From Eledone cirrhosa (Eukaryota), in assembly GCA_964016885.1 (NCBI GenBank), contig OZ024748.1, positions 37,696,001 through 37,760,000 on the forward strand: a DNA stretch of 64,000 nt, given 5' to 3'. A program made the translations under genes and the position numbers. Under the pieces are notes generated by a model, which saw only the letters and a list, made by a program, of their open reading frames with translations, did no database searches and was not told the DNA's origin. Below, one piece after another: positions 36,501-51,500 of this stretch. Within the stretch, counting starts at the first letter, position 1. The number at the start of each line of letters is the position of its first letter.

Positions 36501-39500
36501 AAAGAAATTTACGAAGGAGATAAGAGTAGTGATTAAAAAGAAGGAAAAAGATAAAGAATGTTACGAAGGAGGTAAGAGTTGTGATTAAAAAGAAGGAAAA
36601 ATATAAAGAATGTTGCGAATGAGGTAAGAGTTGTGATTAAAAAGAAGGGAAAATATAAAGAATGTTGCGAAAGAGGTAAGTGTTGTGATTAAAAAGAAGG
36701 AAAAATATAAAGAATGTTGCGAAGGAGGTAAGAGTGTTGATTAAAAAGAAGGAAAAATAGAAAGAATGTTGTGAAGGAGGTAAGTGTTGTGATTAAAAAG
36801 AAGGAAAAAGATAAAGAATGTTACGAAGGAGGTAAGAGTTGTGATTAAAAAGAAGGAAAAATATAAAGAATGTTGCGAATGAGGTAAGTGTTGAGATTAA
36901 AAAGAAGGAAAAATATAAAGAATGTTGCGAAGGAGGTAAGAGTTGTGATTAAAAAGAAGGGAAAATATAAAGAATGTTGCGAAAGAGGTAAGTGTTGTGA
37001 TTAAAAAGAAGGAAAAAATATAAAGAATGTTGCGATGTAGGTAAGAGTGTTGATTAAAAAGAAGGTAAAATATAAAGAATGTTGCGAAGGAGGTAAGTGT
37101 TGTGATTAAAAAGAAGGAAAAATATAAAGAAATTTACGAAGGAGGTAAGCGTGGTGATTAAAAAGATGGTAAACTATAAAGAATATTGCGAAGGAGGTAA
37201 GTGTTGTGTTTAAAAAAAGGAAAAATATAAACAAATTTACGAAGGAGGTAAGAGTGGTTATATAAAAAGAAGAAAAATATAAAGAATATTGCGAAAGAGG
37301 TAAGTGTTGTGATTAAAAAGAAAGAAAAATATAAAGAATGTTGCGAAGGAGGTAAGTGTTGTGATTAAAAAGAAGGAAAAATATAAAGAATGTTACGAAG
37401 GAGGTACGAGTTGTTATTAAAAAGAAGGAAAAATATAAAGAATGTTACGAAGGAGGTAAGTGTTGTGATTAAAAAGAGGGAAAATTATAAGGAAATTTAC
37501 GAACGAGGTAAGAGTTGTGATTAAAAAGAAGGAAAAATATAAAGAATGTTTCGAAGGAGGTAAGTGTTGTGATTAAAAAGAAGGAAAAATATAAAGAATG
37601 TTGCGAAGTAGGTAAGAGTTGAGATTAAAAAGAAGGAAAAATATAAAAAAAATGTTGCGAAGGATGTAAGAGTTGTGATTAAAAAAAAGGAAAAATATAA
37701 AGAATGTTGCGAAGGAGGTAAGTGTTGTGATTAAAAGGAAGGGAAAATATAAAGAATGTTGCGAAGGAGGTAAGTGTTGTGATTAAAAAAAAGGAAAAAT
37801 ATACAGAATGCTGCGTAGGAGGTAAGTGTTGTGATTAAAAAGAAGGAAAAATATAAAGAATGTTGCGTAGGAGGTAAGTGTTGTGATTAAAAAGAAGGAA
37901 AAATATAAAGAATGTTTCGAAGGAGGTAAGTGTTGTGATTAAAAAGAAGGAAAAATATAAAGAATGTTGCGAAGTAGGTAAGAGTTGTGATTAAAAAGAA
38001 AGAAAAATATAAAGAATGTTGCGAAGGAGGAAAGAGTGGTGATTAAAAAGAAAGAAAAATATAAAGAATGTTGCGAAGGAGGAAAGTGTTGTGATTAAAA
38101 AGAAGGACAAATATAAAGAATATTGCGAAGGAGGTAAGTGTTGTGATTAAAAGGAAGGAAAAATATAAAGAATGTTGCGAAGGAGGTAATTGTTGCAATT
38201 AAAAAGAAAGACAAATATAAAGAATGTTGCGAAGGAGGTAAGTGTTGCGATTAAAAAGAAGGAAAAATATAAAGAATCCTACGGAGGAGGTAAGAGTTGT
38301 GTTTAAAAAGAAGGAAAAATGTAAAGAATTTTGCGAAGGAGGTAAGTGTTGTGATTAAAAAGAAGGATAAATATAAAGAATGTTACGATGGAGGTAAGTG
38401 TTGTGATTAAAAGGAAGGAAAAATATAAAGAATGTTGCGAAGGAGGTAATTGTTGCAATTAAAAAGAAAGACAAATATAAAGAATGTTGCAAAGGAGGTA
38501 AGTGTTGTGATTAAAAGGAAGGGAAAATATAAAGAATGTTGCGAAGGAGGTAAGTGTTGTGATTAAAAAAAAGGAAAAATATACAGAATGCTGCGTTGAA
38601 GGTAAGTGTTGTGATTAAAAAGAAGGAAATATATAAAGAATGTTGCGTAGGAGGTAAGTGTTGTGATTAAAAAGAAGGAAAGATATAAAGAATGTTTCGA
38701 AGGAGGTAAGTGTTGTGATTAAAAAGAAGGAAAAATATAAAGAATGTTGCGAAGTAGGTAAGAGTTGTGATTAAAAAGAAAGAAAAATATAAAGAATGTT
38801 GCGAAGGAGGAAAGAGTGGTGATTAAAAAGAAAGAAAAATATAAAGAATGTTGCGAAGGAGGAAAGTGTTGTGATTAAAAAGAAGGAAGAATATAAAGAA
38901 TGTTGCGAAGGAGGTAAGAGTTGTGATTAAAAGGAAGGAAAAATATAAAGAATGTTGCGAAGGAGGTAATTGTTGCAATTAAAAAGAAAGACAAATATAA
39001 AGAATGTTGCAAAGGAGGTAAGTGTTGTGATTAAAAAGAAGGGAAAATGTAAAGAATGTTGCGAAAGAGGTAAGTGTTGTGATTAAAAATAAGGAAAAAT
39101 ATAAAGAATGTTGCGAAGGAGGTAAGAGTTGTGATTAAAAAGAAGGAAGAATATAAAGAATGTTGCGAAGGAGGTAGGAGTTGTGACTAAAAAGAAGGGA
39201 AAATATAAAGAATGTTGCGAAAGAGGTAAGTGTTGTGATTAAAAATAAGGAAAAATATAAAGAATGTTGCGAAGGAGGTAAGAGTGTTGATTAAAAAGAA
39301 GGAAAAATATAAAGAATGTTGCGAAGGAGGTAAGTGTTGTGATTAAAAAGAAGGAAAAATATAAATAATGTTACGAAGGAGGTAAGTGTTCTGATTAAAA
39401 AGAAGGAAAAAAATAAAGAAATTTGCGAAGGAGATAAGAGTAGTGATTAAAAAGAAGGAAAACTATAAAGAATATTGCGAAAGTGGTAAGTGTTGTGATT

Positions 39501-42500
39501 AAAAAGAAGGAAAAATATAAAGAATGTTGCGAAGGAGGTAAGAGTGTTGATTAAAAAGAAGGAAAAATAGAAAGAATGTTGTGAAGGAGGTAAGTGTTGT
39601 GATTAAAAAGAAGGAAAAATATAAAGAATGTTGCGAAGGAGTAAAGAGTGGTGATTAAAAAGAAAGAAAAATATAAAGAATGTTGCGAAGGAGGAAAGTG
39701 TTGTGATTAAAAAGAAGGACAAATATAAAGAATATTGCGAAGGAGGTGAGTGTTGTGATTAAAAGGAAGGAAAAATATAAAGAATGTTGCGAAGGAGGTA
39801 ATTGTTGCAATTAAAAAGAAAGACAAATATAAAGAATGTTGCGAAGGAGGTAAGTGTTGCGATTAAAAAGAAGGAAAAATATAAAGAATCCTACGAAGGA
39901 GGTAAGAGTTGTGTTTAAAAAGAAGGAAAAATGTAAAGAATTTTGCGAAGGATGTAAGTGTTGTGATTAAAAAGAAGGAAAAATATAAAGAATGTTACGA
40001 AGGAGGTACGTGTTGTGATTAAAAGGAAGGAAAAATATAAAGAATGTTGAGAAGGAGGTAATTGTTGCAATTAAAAAGAAAGACAAATATAAAGAATGTT
40101 GCAAAGGAGGTAAGTGTTGTGATTAAAAAGAAGGTAAAATATAAAGAATATTGCGAAGGATGTAAGTTTTGTGATTAAAAAGAAGGAAAAATATAAAGAA
40201 TGTTGCGAAGGAGGTAAGAGTGCTGATTAAAAACAAGGAAAAATATAAAGAATGTTGCGAAGGAGGTAAGAGTTGTGATTAAAAAGAAGGAAAAATATAA
40301 ATAATGTTACGAAGGAGGTAAGTGTTGTGATTAAAAAGAAGGAAAAATATAAAGAAATTTGCGAAGGAGATAAGAGTAGTGATTAAAAAGAAGGAAAACT
40401 ATAAAGAATATTGCGAAAGTGGTAAGTGTTGTGATTAAAAAGAAGGAAAAATATAAAGAATGTTGCGAAGGAGGTAAGAGTGTTGATTAAAAAGAAGGAA
40501 AAATAGAAAGAATGTTGTGAAGGAGGTAAGTGTTGTGATTAAAAAGAAGGAAAAATATGAAGGATGTTACGAAGGAGGTAAGAGTTGTGATTAAAAAGAA
40601 GGAAAAATATAAAGAATGTTGCGAAGGAGGTAAGTGTTGAGATTAAAAAGAAGGAAAAATATAAAGAATGTTGCGAAGGAGGTAAGTGTTGTGATTAAAA
40701 GGAAGGGAAAATATAAAGAATGTTGCGAAGGAGGTAAGAGTTGTGATTAAAAAGAAGGAAAAAATATAAAGAATGTTGCGAAGTAGGTAAGAGTGTTGAT
40801 TAAAAAGAAGGTAAAATATAAAGAATGTTGCGAAGGAGGTAAGTGTTGTGATTAAAAAGAAGGAAAAATATAAAGAAATTTACGAAGGAGGTAAGCGTGG
40901 TGATTAAAAAGATGGTAAACTATAAAGAATATTGCGAAGGAGGTAAGTGTTGTGTTTAAAAAAAGGAAAAGTATAAACAAATTTACGAAAAAGGTAAGAG
41001 TGGTTATATAAAAAGAAGAAAAATATAAAGAATATTGCGAAAGAGGTAAGTGTTGTGATTAAAAAGAAAGAAAAATATAAAGAATGTTGCGAAGGAGGTA
41101 AGTGTTGTGATTAAAAAGAAGGAAAAATATAATGAATGTTACGAAGGAGGTACGAGTTGTGATTAAAAGGAAGGAAAAATATAAAGAATGTTGCGAAGTA
41201 GGTAAGAGTTGTGATTAAAAAGAAAGAAAAATATAAAGAATGTTGCGAAGGAGGAAAGAGTGGTGATTAAAAAGAAAGAAAAATATAAAGAATGTTGCGA
41301 AGGAGGAAAGGGTTGTGATTAAAAAGAAGGACAAATATAAAGAATATTGCGAAGGAGGTAAGTGTTGTGATTAAAAGGAAGGAAAAATATAAAGAATGTT
41401 GCGAAGGAGGTAAGTGTTGTGATTAAAAAGAAGGAAAAATATAAAGAAATTTACGAAGGAGGTAAGCGTGGTGATTAAAAAGATGGTAAACTATAAAGAA
41501 TATTGCGAAGGAGGTAAGTGTTGTGTTTAAAAAAAGGAAAAATATAAACAAATTTACGAAGGAGGTAAGAGTGGTTATATAAAAAGAAGAAAAATATAAA
41601 GAATATTGCGAAAGAGGTAAGTGTTGTGATTAAAAAGAAGGAAAAATATAATGAATGTTACGAAGGAGGTACGAGTTGTGATTAAAAGGAAGGAAAAATA
41701 TAAAGAATGTTACGAAGGAGGTAAGTGTTGTGATTAAAAAGAGGGAAAATTATAAGGAAATTTACGAACGAGGTAAGAGTTGTGATTAAAAAGAAGGAAA
41801 AATATAAAGAATGTTTCGAAGGTGGTAAGTGTTGTGATTAAAAAGAAGGAAAAATATAAAGAATGTTGCGAAGTAGGTAAGAGTTGTGATTAAAAAGAAG
41901 GAAAAATATAAAAAAATGTTGCGAAGGATGTAAGAGTTGTGATTAAAAAAAAGGAAAAATATAAAGAATGTTGCGAAGGAGGTAAGTGTTGTGATTAAAA
42001 GGAAGGGAAAATATAAAGAATGTTGCGAAGGAGGTAAGTGTTGTGATTAAAAAAAAGGAAAAATATACAGAATGCTGCGTAGAAGGTAAGTGTTGTGATT
42101 AAAAAGAAGGAAAAATATAAAGAATGTTGCGTAGGAGGTAAGTGTTGTGATTAAAAAGAAGGAAAGATATAAAGAATGTTTCGAAGGAGGTAAGTGTTGT
42201 GATTAAAAAGAAGGAAAAATATAAAGAATATTGCGAAGGAGGTAAGTGTTGTGATTAAAAGGAAGGAAAAATATAAAGAATGTTGCGAAGGAGGTAATTG
42301 TTGCAATTAAAAAGAAAGACAAATATAAAGAATGTTGCAAAAGAGGTAAGTGTTGTGATTAAAAAGAAGGGAAAATGTAAAGAATGTTGCGAAAGAGGTA
42401 AGTGTTGTGATTAAAAATAAGGAAAAATATAAAGAATGTTGCGAAGGAGGTAAGAGTTGTGATTAAAAAGAAGGAAGAATATAAAGAATGTTGCGAAGGA

Positions 42501-45500
42501 GGTAGGAGTTGTGACTAAAAAGAAGGGAAAATATAAAGAATGTTGCGAAAGAGGTAAGTGTTGTGATTAAAAATAAGGAAAAATATAAAGAATGTTGCGA
42601 AGGAGGTAAGAGTGTTGATTAAAAAGAAGGAAAAATATAAAGAATGTTGCGAAGGAGGTAAGTGTTGTGATTAAAAAGAAGGAAAAATATAAATAATGTT
42701 ACGAAGGAGGTAAGTGTTCTGATTAAAAAGAAGGAAAAATATAAAGAAATTTGCGAAGGAGATAAGAGTAGTGATTAAAAAGAAGGAAAACTATAAAGAA
42801 TATTGCGAAAGTGGTAAGTGTTGTGATTAAAAAGAAGGAAAAATATAAAGAATGTTGCGAAGGAGGTAAGAGTGTTGATTAAAAAGAAGGAAAAATAGAA
42901 AGAATGTTGTGAAGGAGGTAAGTGTTGTGATTAAAAAGAAGGAAAAATATAAAGAATGTTGCGAAGGAGTAAAGAGTGGTGATTAAAAAGAAAGAAAAAT
43001 ATAAAGAATGTTGCGAAGGAGGAAAGTGTTGTGATTAAAAAGAAGGACAAATATAAAGAATATTGCGAAGGAGGTGAGTGTTGTGATTAAAAGGAAGGAA
43101 AAATATAAAGAATGTTGCGAAGGAGGTAATTGTTGCAATTAAAAAGAAAGACAAATATAAAGAATGTTGCGAAGGAGGTAAGTGTTGCGATTAAAAAGAA
43201 GGAAAAATATAAAGAATCCTACGAAGGAGGTAAGAGTTGTGTTTAAAAAGAAGGAAAAATGTAAAGAATTTTGCGAAGGATGTAAGTGTTGTGATTAAAA
43301 AGAAGGAAAAATATAAAGAATGTTACGAAGGAGGTACGTGTTGTGATTAAAAGGAAGGAAAAATATAAAGAATGTTGAGAAGGAGGTAATTGTTGCAATT
43401 AAAAAGAAAGACAAATATAAAGAATGTTGCAAAGGAGGTAAGTGTTGTGATTAAAAAGAAGGTAAAATATAAAGAATATTGCGAAGGATGTAAGTTTTGT
43501 GATTAAAAAGAAGGAAAAATATAAAGAATGTTGCGAAGGAGGTAAGAGTGCTGATTAAAAACAAGGAAAAATATAAAGAATGTTGCGAAGGAGGTAAGAG
43601 TTGTGATTAAAAAGAAGGAAAAATATAAAGAATGTTGCGAAGGAGGTAAGAGTTGTGACTAAAAAGAAGGGAAAATGTAAAGAATGTTGCGAAAGAGGTA
43701 AGTGTTGTGATTAAAAATAAGGAAAAATATAAATAATGTTGCGAAGGAGGTAAGAGTTGTGATTAAAAAGAAGGAAGAATATAAAGAATGTTGCGAAGGA
43801 GGTAGGAGTTGTGACTAAAAAGAAGGGAAAATATAAAGAATGTTGCGAAAGAGGTAAGTGTTGTGATTAAAAATAAGGAAAAATATAAAGAATGTTGCGA
43901 AGGAGGTAAGAGTGTTGATTAAAAAGAAGGAAAAATATAAAGAATGTTGCGAAGGAGGTAAGTGTTGTGATTAAAAAGAAGGAAAAATATAAATAATGTT
44001 ACGAAGGAGGTAAGTGTTGTGATTAAAAAGAAGGAAAAATATAAAGAAATTTGCGAAGGAGATAAGAGTAGTGATTAAAAAGAAGGAAAACTATAAAGAA
44101 TATTGCGAAAGTGGTAAGTGTTGTGATTAAAAAGAAGGAAAAATATAAAGAATGTTGCGAAGGAGGTAAGAGTGTTGATTAAAAAGAAGGAAAAATAGAA
44201 AGAATGTTGTGAAGGAGGTAAGTGTTGTGATTAAAAAGAAGGAAAAATATAAAGAATGTTACGAAGGAGGTAAGAGTTGTGATTAAAAAGAAGGAAAAAT
44301 ATAAAGAATGTTGCGAAGGAGGTAAGTGTTGAGATTAAAAAGAAGGAAAAATATAAAGAATGTTGCGAAGGAGGTAAGTGTTGTGATTAAAAGGAAGGGA
44401 AAATATAAAGAATGTTGCGAAGGAGGTAAGAGTTGTGATTAAAAAGAAAGAAAAATATAAAGAATGTTGCGAAGGAGGTAAGTGTTGTGATTAAAAAGAA
44501 GGAAAAATATAAAGAATGCTGCGAAGGAGGTAGGTGTTGTGATTAAAAGGAAGGGAAAATATAAAGAATGTTGCGAAGGAGGTAAGGGTGGTGCTTAAAA
44601 AGAAAGAAAAATATAAAGAATGTTGCGAAGGAGGAAAGAGTGGTGATTAAATGAAAGAAAAATATAAAGAATGTTGCGAAGGAGGAAAGTGTTGTGATTA
44701 AAAAGAAGGACAAATATAAAGAATATTGCGAAGGAGGTAAGTGTTGTGATTAAAAGGAAGGAAAAATATAAAGAATGTTGCGAAGGAGGTAATTGTTGCA
44801 ATTGAAATGAAAGACAAATAGAAAGAATGTTGCGAAGGAGGTAAGTGTTGTGATTAAAAAGAAGGAAAAATATAAAGAATCCTACGAAGGAGGTAAGAGT
44901 TGTGTTTAAAAAGAAGGAAACATTTAAAGAATGTTGCAAAGGAGGTAAGTGTTGTGATTAAAAAGAAGGAAAAATATAAAGAATGTTACGAAGGAGGTAA
45001 GTGTTGTGATTAAAAAGAAAGACAAATATAAAGAATGTTGCAAAGGAGGTAAGTGTTGTGATTAAAAAGAAGGTAAAATATAAAGAATGTTGTGAAGGAG
45101 GTAAGTGTTGTGATTAAAATGAAGGAAAAATATAAAGAATGTTGCGAAGGAGGTAACAGTTGTGATTAAAAAGAAGGAAAAATATAAAGAATGTTGCGAA
45201 GGAGGTAAGAGTGCTGATTAAAAACAACGAAAAATATAAAGAATTTTGCAAAGGAGGTAAGAGTTGTGATTAAAAAGAAGGAAAAATATAAAGAATGTTG
45301 CGAAGGAGGTAAGAGTTGTGATTAAAAAGAAGGGAAAATATAAAGAATGTTGCGAAAGAGGTAAGTTTTGTGATTAAAAATGAGGAAAAATATAAAGAAT
45401 GTTGCGAAGGAGGTAAGAGTGTTGATTAAAAAGAAGGAAAAATATAAAGAATGTTGCGAAGGAGGTAAGTGTTGTGATTAAAAAGAAGGAAAAATATGAA

Positions 45501-48500
45501 GAATGTTACGAAGAAGGTAAGTGTTGTGATTAAAAAGAAGGAAAAATATAAAGAATGTTGCGAAGGAGGTAAGAGTGTTGATTAAAAAGAAGGGAAAATA
45601 TAAAGAATGTTGCGAAAGAGGTAAGTGTTGTGATTAAAAATGAGGAAAAATATAAAGAATGTTGCGAAGTAGGTAAGAGTGTTGATTAAAAAGAAGGAAA
45701 AATATAAAGAAATTTACGAAGGAGATAAGAGTAGTGATTAAAAAGAAGGAAAACTATAAAGAATATTGCGAAAGAGATAAGTGTTGTGATTAAAAAGAAG
45801 GAAAAATATAAAGAATGTTGCGAAGGAGGTAAGAGTGTTGATTAAAAAGAAGGAAAAATAGAAAGAATGTCGTGAAGGAGGTAAGAGTTGTGATTAAAAA
45901 GAAGGAAAAATATAAAGAATGTTGCGAAGGAGGTAAGTGTTGAGATTAAAAAGAAGGAAAAATATAAAGAATGTTGCGAAGGAGGTAAGTGTTGTGATTA
46001 AAAAGAAGGAAAAATATAAATAATGTTACGAAGGAGGTAAGTGTTGTGATTAAAAAGAAGGAAAAATATAAAGAAATTTGCGAAGGAGATAAGAGTAGTG
46101 ATTAAAAAGAAGGAAAACTATAAAGAATATTGCGAAAGTGGTAAGTGTTGTGATTAAAAAGAAGGAAAAATATAAAGAATGTTGCGAAGGAGGTAAGATT
46201 GTTGATTAAAAAGAAGGAAAAATAGAAAGAATGTTGTGAAGGAGGTAAGTGTTGTGATTAAAAAGAAGGAAAAATATAAAGAATGTTACGAAGGAGGTAA
46301 GAGTTGTGATTAAAAAGAAGGAAAAATATAAAGAATGTTGCGAAGGAGGTAAGTGTTGAGATTAAAAAGAAGGAAAAATATAAAGAATGTTGCGAAGGAG
46401 GTAAGTGTTGTGATTAAAAGGAAGGGAAAATATAAAGAATGTTGCGAAGTAGGTAGTGTTGTGATTAAAAAGAAGGAAAAATATAAAGAATGTTGCGAAG
46501 GAGGTAAGAGTTGTGATTAAAAAGAAGGAAAAATATAAAGAATGTTGCGAAGGAGGTAAGGGTGGTGCTTAAAAAGAAAGAAAAATATAAAGAATGTTGC
46601 GAAGGAGGAAAGAGTTGTGATTAAATGAAAGAAAAATATAAAGAATGTTGCGAAGGAGGAAAGTGTTGTGATTAAAAAGAAGGACAAATATAAAGAATAT
46701 TGCGAAGGAGGTAAGTGTTGTGATTAAAAGGAAGGAAAAATATAAAGAATGTTGCGAAGGAGGTAATTGTTGCAATTGAAATGAAAGACAAATAGAAAGG
46801 ATGTTGCGAAGGAGGTAAGTGTTGTGATTAAAAAGAAGGAAAGATATAAAGAATCCTACGAAGGAGGTAAGAGTTGTGTTTAAAAAGAAGGAAACATTTA
46901 AAGAATGTTGCGAAGGAGGTAAGTGTTGTGATTAAAAAGAAGGAAAAATATAAAGAATGTTACGAAGGAGGTAAGTGTTGTGATTAAAAAGAAAGACAAA
47001 TATAAAGAATGTTGCAAAGGAGGTAAGTGTTGTGATTAAAAAGAAGGTAAAATATAAAGAATGTTGTGAAGGAGGTAAGAGTTGTGATTAAAAAGAAGGA
47101 ATAATATAAAGAATGTTGCGAAGGAGATAAGTGTTGTGATTAAAAATAAGGAAAAATATAAATAATGTTGCGAAGGAGGTAAGAGTTGTGATTAAAAAGA
47201 AGGAAGAATATAAAGAATGTTGCGAAGGAGGTAGGAGTTGTGACTAAAAAGAAGGGAAAATATAAAGAATGTTGCGAAAGAGGTAAGTGTTGTGATTAAA
47301 AATAAGGAAAAATATAAAGAATGTTGCGAAGGAGGTAAGAGTGTTGATTAAAAAGAAGGAAAAATATAAAGAATGTTGCGAAGGAGGTAAGTGTTGTGAT
47401 TAAAAAGAAGGAAAAATATAAATAATGTTACGAAGGAGGTAAGTGTTGTGATTAAAAAGAAGGAAAAATATAAAGAAATTTGCGAAGGAGATAAGAGTAG
47501 TGATTAAAAAGAAGGAAAACTATAAAGAATATTGCGAAAGTGGTAAGTGTTGTGATTAAAAAGAAGGAAAAATATAAAGAATGTTGCGAAGGAGGTAAGA
47601 GTGTTGATTAAAAAGAAGGAAAAATAGAAAGAATGTTGTGAAGGAGGTAAGTGTTGTGATTAAAAAGAAGGAAAAATATAAAGAATGTTACGAAGGAGGT
47701 AAGAGTTGTGATTAAAAAGAAGGAAAAATATAAAGAATGTTGCGAAGGAGGTAAGTGTTGAGATTAAAAAGAAGGAAAAATATAAAGAATGTTGCGAAGG
47801 AGGTAAGTGTTGTGATTAAAAGGAAGGGAAAATATAAAGAATGTTGCGAAGGAGGTAAGAGTTGTGATTAAAAAGAAAGAAAAATATAAAGAATGTTGCG
47901 AAGGAGGTAAGTGTTGTGATTAAAAAGAAGGAAAAATATAAAGAATGCTGCGAAGGAGGTAGGTGTTGTGATTAAAAGGAAGGGAAAATATAAAGAATGT
48001 TGCGAAGGAGGTAAGGGTGGTGCTTAAAAAGAAAGAAAAATATAAAGAATGTTGCGAAGGAGGAAAGAGTGGTGATTAAATGAAAGAAAAATATAAAGAA
48101 TGTTGCGAAGGAGGAAAGTGTTGTGATTAAAAAGAAGGACAAATATAAAGAATATTGCGAAGGAGGTAAGTGTTGTGATCAAAAGGAAGGAAAAATATAA
48201 AGAATGTTGCGAAGGAGGTAATTGTTGCAATTGAAATGAAAGACAAATAGAAAGAATGTTGCGAAGAAGGTAAGTGTTGTGATTAAAAAGAAGGAAAAAT
48301 ATAAAGAATCCTACGAAGGAGGTAAGAGTTGTGTTTAAAAAGAAGGAAACATTTAAAGAATGTTGCGATGGAGGTAAGTGTTGTGATTAAAAAGAAGGTA
48401 AAATATAAAGAATGTTACGAAGGAGGTAAGTGTTGTGATTAAAAAGAAAGACAAATATAAAGAATGTTGCAAAGGAGGTAAGTGTTGTGATTAAAAAGAA

Positions 48501-51500
48501 GGTAAAATATAAAGAATGTTGTGAAGGAGGTAAGTGTTGTGATTAAAATGAAGGAAAAATATAAAGAATGTTGCGAAGGAGGTAACAGTTGTGATTAAAA
48601 AGAAGGAAAAATATAAAGAATGTTGCGAAGGAGGTAAGAGTGCTGATTAAAAACAACGAAAAATATAAAGAATTTTGCAAAGGAGGTAAGAGTTGTGATT
48701 AAAAAGAAGGAAAAATATAAAGAATGTTGCGAAGGAGGTAAGAGTTGTGATTAAAAAGAAGGGAAAATATAAAGAATGTTGCGAAAGAGGTAAGTTTTGT
48801 GATTAAAAATGAGGAAAAATATAAAGAATGTTGCGAAGGAGGTAAGAGTGTTGATTAAAAAGAAGGAAAAATATAAAGAATGTTGCGAAGGAGGTAAGTG
48901 TTGTGATTAAAAAGAAGGAAAAATATGAAGAATGTTACGAAGAAGGTAAGTGTTGTGATTAAAAAGAAGGAAAAATATAAAGAATGTTGCGAAGGAGGTA
49001 AGAGTGTTGATTAAAAAGAAGGGAAAATATAAAGAATGTTGCGAAAGAGGTAAGTGTTGTGATTAAAAATGAGGAAAAATATAAAGAATGTTGCGAAGTA
49101 GGTAAGAGTGTTGATTAAAAAGAAGGAAAAATATAAAGAAATTTACGAAGGAGATAAGAGTAGTGATTAAAAAGAAGGAAAACTATAAAGAATATTGCGA
49201 AAGAGGTAAGTGTTGTGATTAAAAAGAAGGAAAAATATAAAGAATGTTGCGAAGGAGGTAAGAGTGTTGATTAAAAAGAAGGAAAAATAGAAAGAATGTC
49301 GTGAAGGAGGTAAGAGTTGTGATTAAAAAGAAGGAAAAATATAAAGAATGTTGCGAAGGAGGTAAGTGTTGAGATTAAAAAGAAGGAAAAATATAAAGAA
49401 TGTTGCGAAGGAGGTAAGTGTTGTGATTAAAAAGAAGGAAAAATATAAATAATGTTACGAAGGAGGTAAGTGTTGTGATTAAAAAGAAGGAAAAATATAA
49501 AGAAATTTGCGAAGGAGATAAGAGTAGTGATTAAAAAGAAGGAAAACTATAAAGAATATTGCGAAAGTGGTAAGTGTTGTGATTAAAAAGAAGGAAAAAT
49601 ATAAAGAATGTTGCGAAGGAGGTAAGAGTGTTGATTAAAAAGAAGGAAAAATAGAAAGAATGTTGTGAAGGAGGTAAGTGTTGTGATTAAAAAGAAGGAA
49701 AAATATAAAGAATGTTACGAAGGAGGTAAGAGTTGTGATTAAAAAGAAGGAAAAATATAAAGAATGTTGCGAAGGAGGTAAGTGTTGAGATTAAAAAGAA
49801 GGAAAAATATAAAGAATGTTGCGAAGGAGGTAAGTGTTGTGATTAAAAGGAAGGGAAAATATAAAGAATGTTGCGAAGGAGGTAAGAGTTGTGATTAAAA
49901 AGAAGGAAAAATATAAAGAATGTTGCGAAGGGGGTAAGTGTTGTGATTAAAAAGAAGGAAAAATATAAAGAATGCTGCGAAGGAGGTAGGTGTTGTGATT
50001 AAAAGGAAGGGAAAATATAAAGAATGTTGCGAAGGAGGTAAGGGTGGTGCTTAAAAAGAAAGAAAAATATAAAGAATGTTGCGAAGGAGGAAAGAGTGGT
50101 GATTAAATGAAAGAAAAATATAAAGAATGTTGCGAAGGAGGAAAGTGTTGTGATTAAAAAGAAGGACAAATATAAAGAATATTGCGAAGGAGGTAAGTGT
50201 TGTGATTAAAAGGAAGGAAAAATATAAAGAATGTTGCGAAGGAGGTAATTGTTGCAATTGAAATGAAAGACAAATAGAAAGGATGTTGCGAAGGAGGTAA
50301 GTGTTGTGATTAAAAAGAAGGAAAGATATAAAGAATCCTACGAAGGAGGTAAGAGTTGTGTTTAAAAAGAAGGAAACATTTAAAGAATGTTGCGAAGGAG
50401 GTAAGTGTTGTGATTAAAAAGAAGGAAAAATATAAAGAATGTTACGAAGGAGGTAAGTGTTGTGATTAAAAAGAAAGACAAATATAAAGAATGTTGCAAA
50501 GGAGGTAAGTGTTGTGATTAAAAAGAAGGTAAAATATAAAGAATGTTGTGAAGGAGGTAAGAGTTGTGATTAAAAAGAAGGAATAATATAAAGAATGTTG
50601 CGAAGGAGGTAAGTGTTGTGATTAAAAAGAAGGAAAAATATAAAGAATGTTACGAAGGAGGTAGGAGTTGTGATTAAAAAGAAGGAAAAATATAAAGAAT
50701 GTTGCGAAGGAGGTAGTGTTGTGATTAAAAAGAAGGAAACATATAAAGAATGTTACGAAGGAGGTAAGTGTTGTGATTAAAAAGAAGGATAAATATAAGG
50801 GAATTTACGAAGGAGGTAAGAGTGGTGATTAAAAAGAAGGAAAAATATAAAGAATATTGCGAAGGATGTAAGTGTTGTGTTTAAAAAGAAGGAAAAATAT
50901 AAAGAATGTTGCGAATGAGGTAAGAGTGTTGATTAAAAAGAAGGAAAAATCTAAAGAATGTTGCGAAGGAGGTAAGTGTTGTGATTAAAATGAAGGAAAA
51001 ATATAAAGAATGTTACGAAGGAGGTACGAGTTGTGATTAAAAAGAAGGAAAAATATAAAGAATGTTACGAAGTAGGTAAGAGTTGTGATTAAAAAGAAGG
51101 AAAAATTTAAAAAATGTTTTGAATGAGGTAAGTGTTGTGATTAAAAAGAAGGAAAAATATAAAGAATGTTACGAAGGAGGTAAGTGTTGTGATTAAAAAG
51201 AAAGACAAATATAAAGAATGTTGCAAAGGAGGTAAGTGTTGTGATTAAAAAGAAGGTAAAATATAAAGAATGTTGTGAAGGAGGTAAGTGTTGTGATTAA
51301 AATGAAGGAAAAATATAAAGAATGTTGCGAAGGAGGTAACAGTTGTGATTAAAAAGAAGGAAAAATATAAAGAATGTTGCGAAGTAGGTAAGAGTGTTGA
51401 TTAAAAAGAAGGAAAAATATAAAGAATGTTGCGAAGGATGTAAGAGTTGTGATTAAAAAGAAGGAAAAATATAAAGAATGTTGCGAAGGAGGTAAGCGTG